Assembly: GCA_963831645.1 (NCBI GenBank)
Contig: CAWHQZ010000028.1
Location: forward strand, 627,035-691,034
Length of the DNA: 64,000 bases
Direction: 5' to 3'
From: an uncultured Alphaproteobacteria bacterium
GTDB taxonomy: Bacteria; Pseudomonadota; Alphaproteobacteria; Rhizobiales; Aestuariivirgaceae
The notes beneath the pieces were generated by a model. It saw only the letters and a program-made list of their open reading frames with translations. It searched no databases and had not been told where the DNA came from. Numbering within the stretch: the stretch's first letter is position 1; the number at the start of each line of letters is the position of its first letter. The translations under genes and the position numbers were made by a program. Shown here piece after piece: positions 63,676-64,000 of the stretch.

Positions 63676-64000
63676 GAATCTCTTTTCACTCAAGGGTCGG
63701 GTTGCGCTCGTTACCGGCGCTTCCCGCGGCCTTGGGCTGGCCATGGCGAAAGCGCTCACCGATCATGGAGCCCAGGTTTTCGTAAGTGGCCGCGATCCGC
63801 GCACCCTGGCCGACGCGGCGAGCCGGACCGGGGCAGCACCGATCGCCTTCGACGTGGGCGATGCGCGGGCCTGCCGGGCGGCGCTCGAGGAGGTGATCGG
63901 CAAACGTGGTCGCCTCGACATCGTCGTCAACAATGCCGGAGTTCAGCATCGCGCCGCCCTGCTCGACTGGACGGACGAGGATTTCGAACGGATCCTTGCC
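63676..64000 (+). CDS. second short-chain dehydrogenase/reductase, 5' part (continues beyond window); frame break at the very start
   Basis: LKGRVALVTGASRGLGLAMA...VVNNAG. A probable GTG start at about 63676 is one base out of frame with the body (a T-run). Confidence 0.6.

Overview
High-GC (about 63-65%) proteobacterial chromosome segment, probably alphaproteobacterial (Rhizobiales-like gene content). Left to right the window holds seven blocks.
(1) 1-1.2 kb: the 3' end of an FAD-dependent oxidoreductase gene and a vapBC toxin-antitoxin pair.
(2) 1.3-7.3 kb and 13.4-19.4 kb: a surface-polysaccharide locus. It contains an alpha-L-glutamate-ligase-like ATP-grasp gene, two ELM1/GtrOC1-like putative glycosyltransferase paralogs, GT4 and GT2 glycosyltransferases, phosphomannomutase and mannose-1-phosphate guanylyltransferase. 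A Na+/H+ antiporter, a CYTH-CHAD protein, small stress proteins and a hicAB pair lie between the two halves.
(3) 19.7-35.5 kb: a phage-derived block holding only lysis-remnant and structural/packaging genes (truncated GH108 lysozyme, holin-like ORF, terminase large subunit, portal, scaffold, major capsid, two tail fibers). No integrase, repressor or replication genes are present.
(4) 35.6-38.9 kb: a PEP-CTERM-type TPR lipoprotein (PrsT-like) convergent with a TIGR03015-like secretion ATPase.
(5) 39.1-55.0 kb: tRNA-Phe followed by an accessory island. It carries hsdM remnants, a flotillin-like SPFH protein, a DUF3857/transglutaminase-like membrane protein, a TIGR04222-like membrane protein plus a DUF1399-like protein, and a nucleotide cyclase-TM-periplasmic-domain-vWA fusion. 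Gene fragments, an AlpA regulator and a tyrosine integrase lie at the far end.
(6) 55.8-57.7 kb: cspA and a HAD hydrolase.
(7) 57.7-64.0 kb: a smo-type polyol ABC transporter operon (SorC-family regulator, binding protein, two permeases, ATPase) with two SDR dehydrogenases.
A striking technical feature is that well over 30 genes are split by single-nucleotide frame changes, both insertions and deletions. This more likely reflects indel noise in the assembly than real pseudogenes, so every truncation or pseudogene call below is provisional. Conserved-family names come from visual motif recognition only; no searches were run.
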